40,134 bases of DNA, taken from the NCBI GenBank assembly GCA_947258365.1, contig CAMYIK010000001.1:1-40134 (forward strand), in the 5' to 3' direction. The stretch comes from an uncultured Thermoleophilia bacterium. GTDB taxonomy: Bacteria; Actinomycetota; Thermoleophilia; Miltoncostaeales; Miltoncostaeaceae. This document shows, in pieces, positions 8,728 through 16,934 of the stretch; within the stretch, counting starts at the first letter, position 1, and every line of letters begins with the position of its first letter. Below the pieces are notes generated by a model that had not been told where the DNA came from, searched no databases, and was given only the letters and a program-made list of their open reading frames with translations. The translations under genes and the position numbers were made by a program.

Positions 8728-11700
8728 ATGAAGTCGTCACGCCGTCGCGCCGCGAGCCTCACAGCCGCCATGCTTGCCCTCGGCATCGTCGCGCCATCCG
8801 CGACCGCGGCCATTAGTGGAACGGTCACAAACAGTGCCGGCGTGCCGTTGGGTAGCGCTCAGGTCGAGGTCCGCGACAGCGCTGGTGCGTTCGTGGCCAC
8901 TGACAGCACGAGCGGCTCCACCGGAGCGTTCTTCGTGGGCGACACCGCGCTGACGGGGCACACCGCTCCGTACACCGTCACCACCACCTTCTCCGACTCC
9001 TGCCGCGCCTCGGCCGAACGAACCCGGACGACGGTCAACAGCGGCGTGACGAATGCCTCGGTGCTCACTGTCGCCATGGACGTTCTCCCGTTCTGCGCGC
9101 CGTCGTTCGTGCCGAGCACCCTTCCCGCGGGAACCGGGCTCGCCGATGGCGCAACCGGCCAGGTGGTCGTCCCCCGCGGCGGGCGCACCTACATCACCGC
9201 GACTCTTCCGACCGCCGCACAGAACGTCGTGCTGACGACCGACGACGGTCGTTCCGTCGGGGGAATCGCGACGGGAACGACCGACATCCTTCAAGTCATC
9301 GCTCCGACGACGGAGTACTCCGGAGGGCTCACTCTCAGGTACACGATCGCCTCGGCCACGAGTAGCCATCGCATCGGGACGCTCGAGGTGCCAAGCCGTC
9401 AAGCCGCCGGCCCGACCTCGAGTTTCGATCTCGTCAACGTGATCGACATCTCGGGCAGCATGGCGAGCAACGATCCGAGCTTCCGCCGCAAGGACGCGGT
9501 CGGCCTTGTACTCGATCTGTCTCGTACGCGTGACCGCGTCGGCGCCGTGGGCTTCGACACCTCGGCTGAGACGATCTTCGGGCTCACGTCGATCACCGGT
9601 CGCTCCACGATCAACAAGCTGCGAAAGCGCGCAAACGCCGGCATCGTGAACCGGGGCGGCACCGACTATGACGCCGGCCTGGCTGCCGCCTACGCACAGC
9701 TTTCCGGTGCGCCGAATCGCGGCCGCCCCAAGGCCGCGATCTTCCTGACCGATGGCGCCCACTCTGGGACCTACGACAACACGCACCTGCGCTTTGCGGC
9801 CAACGGGACGGGGCGCACATGGCCGATCTGCGTCGTGCGGCTTGGCCGAAGCTTCGCAAGCGCTGACGTGACGCGGCTGAAGCGGATCGCGAAGGACACA
9901 GGCGGCCTCTATGTCGCGGCTCCGACCAACACCAAGCTCACCGATCTCTACTTCCGCTGCCGCGGCCGCACCGCCGGCGAGTCCACGGGCAAGCCGGCAA
10001 ACACCACGCTGCGACGCGGCCAGTCACGCGCGTTCTCTCAGGTCCTCCCCAGGGGCCTCGGTGAGGTCACGTTCTTCGCGTCCTGGGACAAGGGCACGGT
10101 CGACATGGTGATTCGCAGGCCCGGCGGACCGACCTACACGGCGAAGCGTCGGCCTAAGACCGTGACCTTCCGCAAGGGCGCGCGGTACGCGTTCTTCCGC
10201 GTCAAGAAACCCAAGGCCGGCAAGTGGCTGGTGGGTATCAGAGGCCGCACCAATGTCGGCGCGGTCTCGTTACGCGCCTCCAGTCGCCCGCAAACAGCCA
10301 TCGTGCGTCGCGGCGGCGACATCCTGACACCCCTGCCCGGCGACACCGAGGTGCGGTGCGGTGATGTCAAAGCGACCATCGTCGGCAGCGACGGCAACGA
10401 CCTGATCATCGGCACGCCCAAGCGCGACGTGATCCAGGCAGGCGGTGGAAACGACCGCGTCAGCGGACTCGGCGGCAACGACCTGATCTGCCTCGGCGCG
10501 GGTGAGCTCGACCGCGGCTCAGGCGGCCCTGGCCGTGACATCATCTGGGGTAATCAGCCGCACTTCAGTCCCGCGACGGTCGACAAGAACCGTGGCCGCT
10601 TTCTTCCGGACGGCGTCAACCGCATCAACGGCGGCGCGGGCAACGACGGCCTCCAGGGTGCGGCGGGCAACGACGTGATCACCGGCGGGCCCGGCCGGGA
10701 TGGCATCAACGGTGGCCCCGGCGATGACACGATCAGCGGCAATGGCGGAAACGACGCCCTCACTTCCGAAGACGGCGCCGACCGCCTCTTTGGTGGCCCG
10801 GGTCACGACCGAGCCAGCGGCGGTGCCGGCGACGATCAGCTCTTTGGTCAGGCGGGCCGGGACAATCTTGCCGGTGCAAGCGGCGATGACCTGGTGAGCG
10901 GCGGAGCCGGCAACGACTTCGCTACCGGCGGGGTCGGTGCGGACCGCGTCTTCGGTGGCAGCGGCAACGACGTGCTCAGAGGCGACGTACCGACGAATCC
11001 CCCGGTCGGACATGGACCGGATCGCATATTCGGCGGTGCCGGCAAGGATCGGATCACCGGGGGCGCCGGCGACGACGTCATCAACGGCGGTCAGGGCAAG
11101 GACGACATCAAAGGAGATGCCGGCAGCGACGCGATTCGCACCGGCGACACGTTCGCGGAGAAGGAAAAGCGCCCCGTGGTTCGACGCCAAGGAGATCGTG
11201 CTGACGGTGGGCCGGGAGCGGACACGATTGTCGGCGGCAACGGCCGCGACTTCCTGATCGGCGGGCCAAACAACGACCGCATCTTCGGTGGTGACGGCAA
11301 CGACTCCATCCGTGGCGGGAACTTCCGTGGCGAGTCGAATCTCACCGACAGCGACCGCCTATTTGGTGAAGCGGGCCGCGACACCATCCTCGGCGGCGGC
11401 GGCCCTGATCGCCTCGACGGAGGCAGCGGTGCCGACGTGCTGAGCGGGGCGGCCGGCAGCGACCAGATCAACGGCGGGCCAGGCAATGACCTGATCGAAG
11501 GAGATCGCGCCAGCTACACGCAGGCGGGACGCGACGTGATGAGGGGCGGAACGGGCAACGACCGGATCTTTGCGCGGTACTTCGACGACGTCTCACTCGG
11601 AGGCCCCGGCAACGACTTCATCAAGGTGCGCGGGCTACCACGCGGCCGGCCGGCCCGGGGCAAGCACACCCTCAACGGCGGCCCAGGCCGAGATCGTTGC

Positions 11701-11751
11701 AGCGCCTCGAAGTCGCTGGTGAAACTGCGAAAGAGCTGCGAGCTGAACTAG
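8728..11751 (+). CDS. Large secreted protein: signal peptide, CarboxypepD_reg-like beta domain, vWA domain with complete MIDAS, beta-sandwich region, and a long C-terminal RTX (hemolysin-type Ca-binding) repeat region
   Basis: The track ORF starts at 8659, but ATG 8728 is preceded by GGAGGA (8714..8719). From there the protein reads MKSSRRRAASLTAAMLALGIVAPSATA, a signal peptide. ISGTVTNSAGVPLGSAQVEVRDSAG is CarboxypepD_reg-like. The vWA MIDAS residues are VIDISGSM (D at 9445), GGTDYDAG and IFLTDGAH. Dozens of GGxGxD nonapeptides follow. Confidence 0.85.
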   Translation: MKSSRRRAASLTAAMLALGIVAPSATAAISGTVTNSAGVPLGSAQVEVRDSAGAFVATDSTSGSTGAFFVGDTALTGHTAPYTVTTTFSDSCRASAERTRTTVNSGVTNASVLTVAMDVLPFCAPSFVPSTLPAGTGLADGATGQVVVPRGGRTYITATLPTAAQNVVLTTDDGRSVGGIATGTTDILQVIAPTTEYSGGLTLRYTIASATSSHRIGTLEVPSRQAAGPTSSFDLVNVIDISGSMASNDPSFRRKDAVGLVLDLSRTRDRVGAVGFDTSAETIFGLTSITGRSTINKLRKRANAGIVNRGGTDYDAGLAAAYAQLSGAPNRGRPKAAIFLTDGAHSGTYDNTHLRFAANGTGRTWPICVVRLGRSFASADVTRLKRIAKDTGGLYVAAPTNTKLTDLYFRCRGRTAGESTGKPANTTLRRGQSRAFSQVLPRGLGEVTFFASWDKGTVDMVIRRPGGPTYTAKRRPKTVTFRKGARYAFFRVKKPKAGKWLVGIRGRTNVGAVSLRASSRPQTAIVRRGGDILTPLPGDTEVRCGDVKATIVGSDGNDLIIGTPKRDVIQAGGGNDRVSGLGGNDLICLGAGELDRGSGGPGRDIIWGNQPHFSPATVDKNRGRFLPDGVNRINGGAGNDGLQGAAGNDVITGGPGRDGINGGPGDDTISGNGGNDALTSEDGADRLFGGPGHDRASGGAGDDQLFGQAGRDNLAGASGDDLVSGGAGNDFATGGVGADRVFGGSGNDVLRGDVPTNPPVGHGPDRIFGGAGKDRITGGAGDDVINGGQGKDDIKGDAGSDAIRTGDTFAEKEKRPVVRRQGDRADGGPGADTIVGGNGRDFLIGGPNNDRIFGGDGNDSIRGGNFRGESNLTDSDRLFGEAGRDTILGGGGPDRLDGGSGADVLSGAAGSDQINGGPGNDLIEGDRASYTQAGRDVMRGGTGNDRIFARYFDDVSLGGPGNDFIKVRGLPRGRPARGKHTLNGGPGRDRCSASKSLVKLRKSCELN
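10384..11700 (+). repeat. Array of RTX nonapeptide repeats (GGxGxDxxx), a coding repeat inside the vWA-RTX gene
   Basis: Reiterated units are visible in the translation: GSDGNDLIIG, GGGNDRVSGLGGNDLI, GGAGNDGLQGAAGNDVITGGPGRDGINGGPGDDTISGNGGNDAL, GGPGHDRASGGAGDDQLFGQAGRDNLAGASGDDLVSGGAGNDFATGG, and so on up to GGPGNDFIKV and GGPGRDRC. Confidence 0.85.
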
Positions 11752-12638
11752 GCGGAGCGCTGGCGGACGACCTCCGCCAGCAACGCTGCGGCGGCGGCGG
11801 AGACGTTCAAGGATTCGGCCCCTTCCGTCTGAGGAATCGTGACCCGCTCCACGGGGAACTTGCCCTCCAGGACAGAAAGCGAGTCGGCCAGACCCGCACG
11901 CTCGGCGCCAAGAGCGAGGATGTGCGGCGCGGCCAGATCCACATCCCACGGCGGGAGGCCGCCATCAGGGACGGCAGCCACGATCCTCAGCCCCTCGCGG
12001 GTCACGAGGTCGTCCGCGCCGACGCCGAGCAGAAGAGGCACAGCGAAGGTCGAGCCCATCGCCGCCCGAGCGGCACGCGGGTGATACGGGTCGCTGGAGC
12101 CCGGACCAAGAGCAACCCAGTCGCACGCCAGGGCCGCGGCGGTTCGAACGATGGTGCCGACGTTGCCGGGATCCGCGACGCCGGCCAGGAACAATCCGAG
12201 AGATGGCGGCATCGGCACATCGGAAAAGCTCGCCGGCGGCGGCTGATGCAGGATCGCCAAGACCCGTGGTGGCGCAGCGAGGCTGCTAACACCCGCCAGG
12301 AGCGTTCGCGGCACCAGATAACGCTCTCTCACGTCCACGGTCGCCTGCGAAAGAAGATGATCTTCTTCGAAGCGCTCCTCCTCGAAGAGGACCGCTTTGG
12401 GGGTGATGCCGCGCTCGAGCGCCGCGGTAAGGAGATCCTCGCCTTCGGCGACTAAGAGACCCCGGCTGGCACGGACCTTCTTGGCCTGTAGGGCCCGGGC
12501 CTCCTTGAGGACCGGGTTACGGGCGGAACTAAGCGGCCGAGGCGGAGGCGCGGGCCTCGCGGGCACGCTCACAGAGGGCGCTGAAGGCCTCTGGCTCATG
12601 GGTCGCGAGCTCAGCGAGAATCTTGCGGTTGAGCTCAA
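11748..12638 (-). CDS. SpoU/TrmH-family RNA 2'-O-methyltransferase (TsnR-like position after rplT)
   Basis: SPOUT motifs are present: [49 protein letters not shown]. The start is uncertain. All in-frame starts (12638, ATG 12599, GTG 12572 and 12566) overlap the 3' end of rplT. Homology begins near [10 protein letters not shown]. Confidence 0.8.
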   Translation of the reverse strand: MSSTARFSLSSRPMSQRPSAPSVSVPARPAPPPRPLSSARNPVLKEARALQAKKVRASRGLLVAEGEDLLTAALERGITPKAVLFEEERFEEDHLLSQATVDVRERYLVPRTLLAGVSSLAAPPRVLAILHQPPPASFSDVPMPPSLGLFLAGVADPGNVGTIVRTAAALACDWVALGPGSSDPYHPRAARAAMGSTFAVPLLLGVGADDLVTREGLRIVAAVPDGGLPPWDVDLAAPHILALGAERAGLADSLSVLEGKFPVERVTIPQTEGAESLNVSAAAAALLAEVVRQRSA

Positions 12639-12900
12639 CGCCGGCCAGATCGAGACCGTTGATGAACTCGCCGTAGGTCAAACCGTTCTCACGCGCGGCG
12701 GCGTTGATGCGCACGATCCACAGCCGGCGGAAGTTCCGCTTCTTGGTGCGGCGGTCGCGGTACGCGTAACGCATGGAGCGATTGACCTGCTCCTTCGCGC
12801 GCTTGTACGACGACTTCTTCGTGCCGAAATAGCCCTTCGCCTCGCCAAGAACCTTGCGCCGCTTCTTGCGTGCCGCAACGGACCGCTTTACGCGACCCAT
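12529..12900 (-). CDS. rplT: 50S ribosomal protein L20
   Basis: The 123-aa ORF reads [39 protein letters not shown]...[13 protein letters not shown]. Its ATG overlaps the rpmI stop (TAATG). Confidence 0.95.
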   Translation of the reverse strand: MGRVKRSVAARKKRRKVLGEAKGYFGTKKSSYKRAKEQVNRSMRYAYRDRRTKKRNFRRLWIVRINAAARENGLTYGEFINGLDLAGVELNRKILAELATHEPEAFSALCERAREARASASAA

Positions 12901-13097
12901 TAACCCTTCCCCAGCAGGCGCTTGACGCCCTTGGCGTGCTCGGGCGCGAGCACGCCCTCATCGGACTGTTGGCGCTTGTCCTTACCCCGCATCTTCTCGA
13001 GGTTGTGGCGCATACCCGCGCGCTGGAACTTCACCTTGCCCGTGGGCGTGATCTTGAACCGCTTCGTTGCAGAGCGGCGACTTTTCATTTTCGGCAT
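12900..13097 (-). CDS. rpmI: 50S ribosomal protein L35
   Basis: The 65-aa ORF reads [36 protein letters not shown] and lies between infC and rplT. Confidence 0.93.
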   Translation of the reverse strand: MPKMKSRRSATKRFKITPTGKVKFQRAGMRHNLEKMRGKDKRQQSDEGVLAPEHAKGVKRLLGKG

Positions 13098-13101
13098 AGG
13101 T

Positions 13102-13704
13102 CTAAGACTCGGTCGTGACGGCTTCGTCGGCCGCCGTCTCAGGATCAGGATCCGCCGCGCTTCGCAGCGGGGCGAGAACCATGATCATGTTGCGGCCGTC
13201 GAGGTTCGGCTTGCTTTCGATCATGGCCAGATCCTCGACATCCTCGGCCAACTGATTAAGGATTGCTTCTCCGCGCTCCGGATGCAAGAGCTCGCGACCG
13301 CGGAACATGATCGTGACCTTCACCTTGTTCCTCTGCTTGAGGAACCGGACGACGTGACCCTTCTTGGTCTCGTAGTCGTGTGAGTCGATCTTCGGCCGGA
13401 ACTTGATCTCCTTGACGGTGATCGTGCTCTGGTGCCGCTTGGCCTGCTTAGCCTTCTGCTCCTGCTCGTAGCGCCACTTGCCGTAATCCATGATCCGGCA
13501 GACCGGCGGACGCGCTTCGGCGGCGACCTCGACGAGGTCGAGGTTCGCGTCAGCAGCGATATCGCGGGCGTCGTCGGTCGCCATTACGCCGCGGTTGTCG
13601 CCGTTGTGGTCGATCAGGCGAACCTGGTCGACGCGGATCGCGTCGTTGATTCGCGTGGGCCGGCCGGCAGGAGGCCGGTTGTCTGGACGACGCCTAGGTG
13701 GCAC
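13102..13704 (-). CDS. infC: Translation initiation factor IF-3
   Basis: The 200-aa ORF reads [23 protein letters not shown]...[27 protein letters not shown]...[17 protein letters not shown]. The track start is GTG 13704. The exact (often atypical) IF-3 start codon cannot be fixed by eye. Confidence 0.92.
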   Translation of the reverse strand: MPPRRRPDNRPPAGRPTRINDAIRVDQVRLIDHNGDNRGVMATDDARDIAADANLDLVEVAAEARPPVCRIMDYGKWRYEQEQKAKQAKRHQSTITVKEIKFRPKIDSHDYETKKGHVVRFLKQRNKVKVTIMFRGRELLHPERGEAILNQLAEDVEDLAMIESKPNLDGRNMIMVLAPLRSAADPDPETAADEAVTTES

Positions 13705-13885
13705 GTGAACGCGGGCAGATCAGCGGGTGCTGCTCCCATGGGTCAAGGCGCGCAGTACGACTGGCGTGGTGCGGGGCGGTTCTGCGCTGGGCGTCATCAA
13801 AGGCAAGGTGCCGTCACGTCGACGGCGCGCGCAAGGTTAGCAGGAGGCGAAGCGGTCGCGAAAGTGGGAATGTCGAGTCGGCCAC

Positions 13886-13909
13886 GGTAGCGCGCCTCAG
13901 CGCGCCACC
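13886..13909 (-). terminator. GC-rich hairpin downstream of the cupredoxin gene (terminator-like, no U-tract)
   Basis: ggtagcgcgc-ctca-gcgcgccacc forms a 10-bp stem with one mismatch. It starts 14 nt past the stop of the 13923..14405 gene on the minus strand. No poly-U follows, so its function is uncertain. Confidence 0.25.
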
Positions 13910-13922
13910 ACCAACCGGCTCA

Positions 13923-14405
13923 CTACTGAACGATCAGCTTTCCGACCATTCCGGCCTCACGGTGACCGGGGACCGAGCAATAGAACTCATACTCGCCCGG
14001 CTCGTCGATCGTGATCGTGATCGTCGACGTACCGCCATCCTGCACGATCTCACCGATCTGCTGGGTCGGCTCGTCGATGGCGATGTTGTGGGGGACCGCC
14101 TGGTCGTTGACCGAGGTCAACGTGATGGTGCCCGGCGACGCCGTCACCTCGGTCACCGCAAACGCGAGACCCTCGGCCGCAACGGGAACATCGAAGCTCT
14201 GAGCGGCGCCATCGGCCGGCTCGTCGGGCTCTTCGGCGTCATCGGTGGTGGCGTCAGTGGTTGCGTCGGTAGTCGCCTCGGTGGTGTCACCGGAGCCATT
14301 CGAGTCGTCGTCGTCGTCGTCGCCACAACCTGCAGCAAGCAGGCCGAGGCTGAGAACGACCAGCATCAGCAACAAGAGGGTTCGAAACCCAAATCGGTTC
14401 AGCAC
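13923..14405 (-). CDS. Cupredoxin-fold (plastocyanin/azurin-like type-1 copper) lipoprotein
   Basis: The C-terminal region has the copper ligand pattern: AVPHNIAI (His) and EFYCSVPGHREAGMVGKL (Cys..His....Met). The preferred start is GTG 14405, giving VLNRFGFRTLLLLMLVVLSLGLLAAGC, a signal peptide with a lipobox. The track ORF extends to 14456. An acidic linker follows the lipobox Cys: DDDDDDSNGSGDTTEATTDATTDATTDDAEEPDEP. Confidence 0.8.
   Translation of the reverse strand: MLNRFGFRTLLLLMLVVLSLGLLAAGCGDDDDDDSNGSGDTTEATTDATTDATTDDAEEPDEPADGAAQSFDVPVAAEGLAFAVTEVTASPGTITLTSVNDQAVPHNIAIDEPTQQIGEIVQDGGTSTITITIDEPGEYEFYCSVPGHREAGMVGKLIVQ
14304..14321 (-). repeat. (GTC)6 / (GAC)6 trinucleotide microsatellite encoding Asp6 in the cupredoxin linker
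   Basis: gtcgtcgtcgtcgtcgtc can be read directly at 14304..14321. It corresponds to GCGDDDDDDSNG in the protein. Confidence 0.9.
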
Positions 14406-14456
14406 ATGCTCTCCATTGTGAGGGGTAGGAATTTGCCAAGCGATCGTACGGCCCAA

Positions 14457-15419
14457 ACGCGACGGAAGTCACTTCGGTCGGGCATGCGGAAGCCAAACCC
14501 GTCTGCGTCACTGCGAACCGACGACCGAAACCGACTGTCCAGGAGGTGGCTCGAGACCAGCATGCGTTGCGTGTGGATGAGGCCGGTCTCGGAATCGATG
14601 AGCAGCTCGAGCCAGAGCGGCAGTGGCACGAGGCCGGTGGCCCCTGACGAGTTCGCGGCCGTCACGCACCGTGCGTCCGGTGATGCGAGCGGAGGTGAGG
14701 GTCCGCGGGGAGGTCCAGTGGAACAGCGACGGCAGTCAGGTGCGTCGAACCGGGCCGGGCCTTCCGACCGAGTCGTGATCTCGTACCCGCTCCGGTCGTG
14801 TCTGATTGCCAGACGCCTGTGCTCATCGTCAGCGCTCCGCGCAGCGCGCCGCATTTCGGTTAGAGCCGTGAGCCCAAGGGTCACCCTCCTGGCGCGCTCG
14901 AGCAGAGCATCAGCCAGGCTCGGCCTCGACCGGGAGACGGAGAGTCGCGCCACGCTCGCCCGAACCCGCGTCGGCGCTGACATCGAACCTGCGCGCATGG
15001 TCCAGCGGGAGCCCCAGGCTTTGGCAGCCGAGCCTCTCCCGCTCCGCCAACGGCTCATCCACCACTCCGGGGAACGTCGCCAACGGGGTGGCCACGACTT
15101 CAAGCCCGGACGGCCCGCGAACTGAGCCTCCGGGTCGGCTTCGTCATCGAAGACGGTCAGCCCCACCACGTGCGTTCCCGCAGGCGCCGCAATCGCGAAC
15201 GCCACAGACTCATGCCCCGGCCCGCGACAGGCGCTGGTGCATCCGAGCCGAAGCTCGAGTCGCCGGGGTGCTGTTCGGGCGGCAAACCGACGGGTCGACT
15301 GCCGTCGGGCTGCCGTAGGAGGAGAGCTGCAGCCGACCCAGCCTGAACGGTCACGACTACCCGCGATAACCGCCGACCGTGTCCTCGGGATTGATCGAGC
15401 GCCTCGGGGTCTCAGGCGA
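14457..15419 (-). other. Unresolved region: minus-strand coding signal is spread discontinuously over three frames. It could be decayed gene(s) or several small coupled ORFs.
   Basis: No single frame has good G/C third-position bias throughout. Protein-like pieces, with approximate positions: 15354->15215 VTVQAGSAAALLLRQPDGSRPVGLPPEQHPGD...; 15212->15100 HESVAFAIAAPAGTHVVGLTVFDDEADPEAQFAGRPGLK; 15095->14910 VATPLATFPGVVDEPLAERERLGCQSLGLPLDHARRFDVSADAGSGERGATLRLPVEAEPG*; 14905->14745 LADALLERARRVTLGLTALTEMRR...RHDRSGYEITTRSEGPARFD; ending at 14662 THLTAVAVPLDLPADPHLRSHHRTHGA*; and 14665->14399 VTAANSSGATGLVPLPLWLELLIDSETGLIHTQRMLVSSHLLDS.... I recognise no family. The long track ORFs here (13698..15125 +, 14399..15505 -) are Arg/Trp/Ser-rich in places and not credible as wholes. 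Confidence 0.3.
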
Positions 15420-16934
15420 TCAGTCGGGGCCAGGACCTGGGCCTGGCGTGCGAGAGTGCAGCAGGAACCCCACGCCGAGGGCCAAGGCCAGTACGACGGC
15501 AGCACCCAGGAACGTCTCGGCCAGCGCCGAGGTCGTGATCTCCACCTCGGCCTCAGCGATGGCGCTTCGCGCGGCGGGATCGCTCAGGCTCGGCAGCTCC
15601 AGGTCGGAGCGGAGCTGGTTGAACCGGTGCGTACCCCAGGCGGTGAGCCCGGCGAGGCCTACGCTGAAGCCGACGAGCCGGGATTGGATCACCAGCCCGG
15701 CGAAGGTGCCGCGGCGGTCTGGCGGGGCGTCGTCGACGACCGCAGCGGTGGTGGGAGCGATTACCAGTCCGATACCGGTTCCGAGCATCGCCAGGTGCAC
15801 GGCCATCGTCGTGTGGTTGGTCGTCGTGTCCCACACCGCGCCCATGAGCGTGAAGGCGCTGGCCGCGAGCACCAGCCCGGCAAGCGTGGGTATCCGGTAG
15901 CCGATACGACTGGTGAGCCGGCCGCCCACGTAGGAGGCGAGGGCCATCGCGCCGGTGAGCGCGGTGAGCATTCCACCGGCCAGCACGGCGCTTCGCTTGA
16001 GGTCTCCCTCCACCACGTTCACGTACAGCGGCACATCGACCATGGCGATCACCAGGCCCGCCCCGAGCAATGCGTTGATCACCATCGCCGGGCCGGTGAG
16101 CGGCCCGAACAAGGTGTCGAGGTCGATCAGCGGATCGGCGACCCGTCGCTCGACGAGCAGGAATCCGATGATGGCTGCGGCGGCGACCGCATACAGCCAC
16201 GGCCCCCCCACGTGGCCGTTGTCGCCGGTCAGCTCCTCGAGGCCCGACACGCTCTGGATGCGGGCCTCGCTCAGCAAGGCCACGCTTAGAGCGACGAGGC
16301 CAGTGGTAAGCAGAATCGCACCCGCCCAGTCGACCCTCGCGATCGATCGCCGGGTCGGGTCGAGCACCAGCCAGGCGGCTGCGATACCCAGCAGGGCGAG
16401 CGGGATGTTGAGGTAGAACTGCCATTGCCACGTGAGGAATCGCACCAGGAGCGCGCCGTACAGCGGGCCCCACACCCAGCCGAGGGTCCCGATGCCCGCC
16501 AGCAGACCGAGGGCCCGGGCGCGCCGCGGTTCGGTGTAGATGTCGCCCACCACGGCCATTCCCACCGGGATGAGCGCTCCGCCACCGATGGCGGTCAGCG
16601 CGCGCCCGATCAGCAGAACCGAGAGGCTGTCGGCAACCGGCACCACGATCGAGCCGACGAGGAACACCGCGAGCGCGCCCACCACGACCGCGCGCCGGCC
16701 CACGATGTCGCTGAGGCGGCCTGCCAGTGGCATCACCGCGACATAGGCGATCAGGTAGACGTTGACGATCCAGGTGGCGTCGTCGATGTCGTCGGGCAGC
16801 ACCAGACCCAGATCGCCGATGATCGGCCGCAGCATGGTGGACACAACCAGAAGATCGTCGCCCGCGACGAAGACGCCGAAGGCGACGACGGCCAGCGCCA
16901 GGCCCGGTGATCGCGCGGGCGCTCTGGCAGTCAA
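15420..16934 (-). CDS. MFS transporter, DHA2/EmrB type, P55 (Rv1410c)-like partner of LprG
   Basis: This is a multi-TM ORF containing WIVNVYLIAYVAVMPLAGRLSDIVGRR, IGRALTAIGGGALIP and LGWVWGPLYGALL, motifs I recall from mycobacterial P55. The track start 17003 overlaps lprG by 73 nt. TTG 16934 overlaps the lprG stop as TTGA and begins just before the first TM (TARAPARSPGLALAVVAFGVFV), so I prefer it. The start remains uncertain. Confidence 0.85.
   Translation of the reverse strand: MTARAPARSPGLALAVVAFGVFVAGDDLLVVSTMLRPIIGDLGLVLPDDIDDATWIVNVYLIAYVAVMPLAGRLSDIVGRRAVVVGALAVFLVGSIVVPVADSLSVLLIGRALTAIGGGALIPVGMAVVGDIYTEPRRARALGLLAGIGTLGWVWGPLYGALLVRFLTWQWQFYLNIPLALLGIAAAWLVLDPTRRSIARVDWAGAILLTTGLVALSVALLSEARIQSVSGLEELTGDNGHVGGPWLYAVAAAAIIGFLLVERRVADPLIDLDTLFGPLTGPAMVINALLGAGLVIAMVDVPLYVNVVEGDLKRSAVLAGGMLTALTGAMALASYVGGRLTSRIGYRIPTLAGLVLAASAFTLMGAVWDTTTNHTTMAVHLAMLGTGIGLVIAPTTAAVVDDAPPDRRGTFAGLVIQSRLVGFSVGLAGLTAWGTHRFNQLRSDLELPSLSDPAARSAIAEAEVEITTSALAETFLGAAVVLALALGVGFLLHSRTPGPGPGPD

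Noticed and set aside
8292-8820. Functional link between tatA and the adjacent RRR-containing signal peptide of the vWA-RTX protein (Tat export)
   Set aside because: The n-region reads SSRRRAASL, which lacks the hydrophobic F-L-K part of the S/T-R-R-x-F-L-K consensus. RTX domains are thought to fold only after export, which fits Sec better. The genes are divergent, and adjacency alone is not evidence.
10384-11700. Highly repetitive DNA that could be mistaken for a CRISPR or tandem-repeat array
   Set aside because: The periodicity is 27 nt at the protein level (GGxGxDxxx) with degenerate nucleotide sequence, and it lies inside one continuous ORF. There are no repeat-spacer structure, leader or cas genes.
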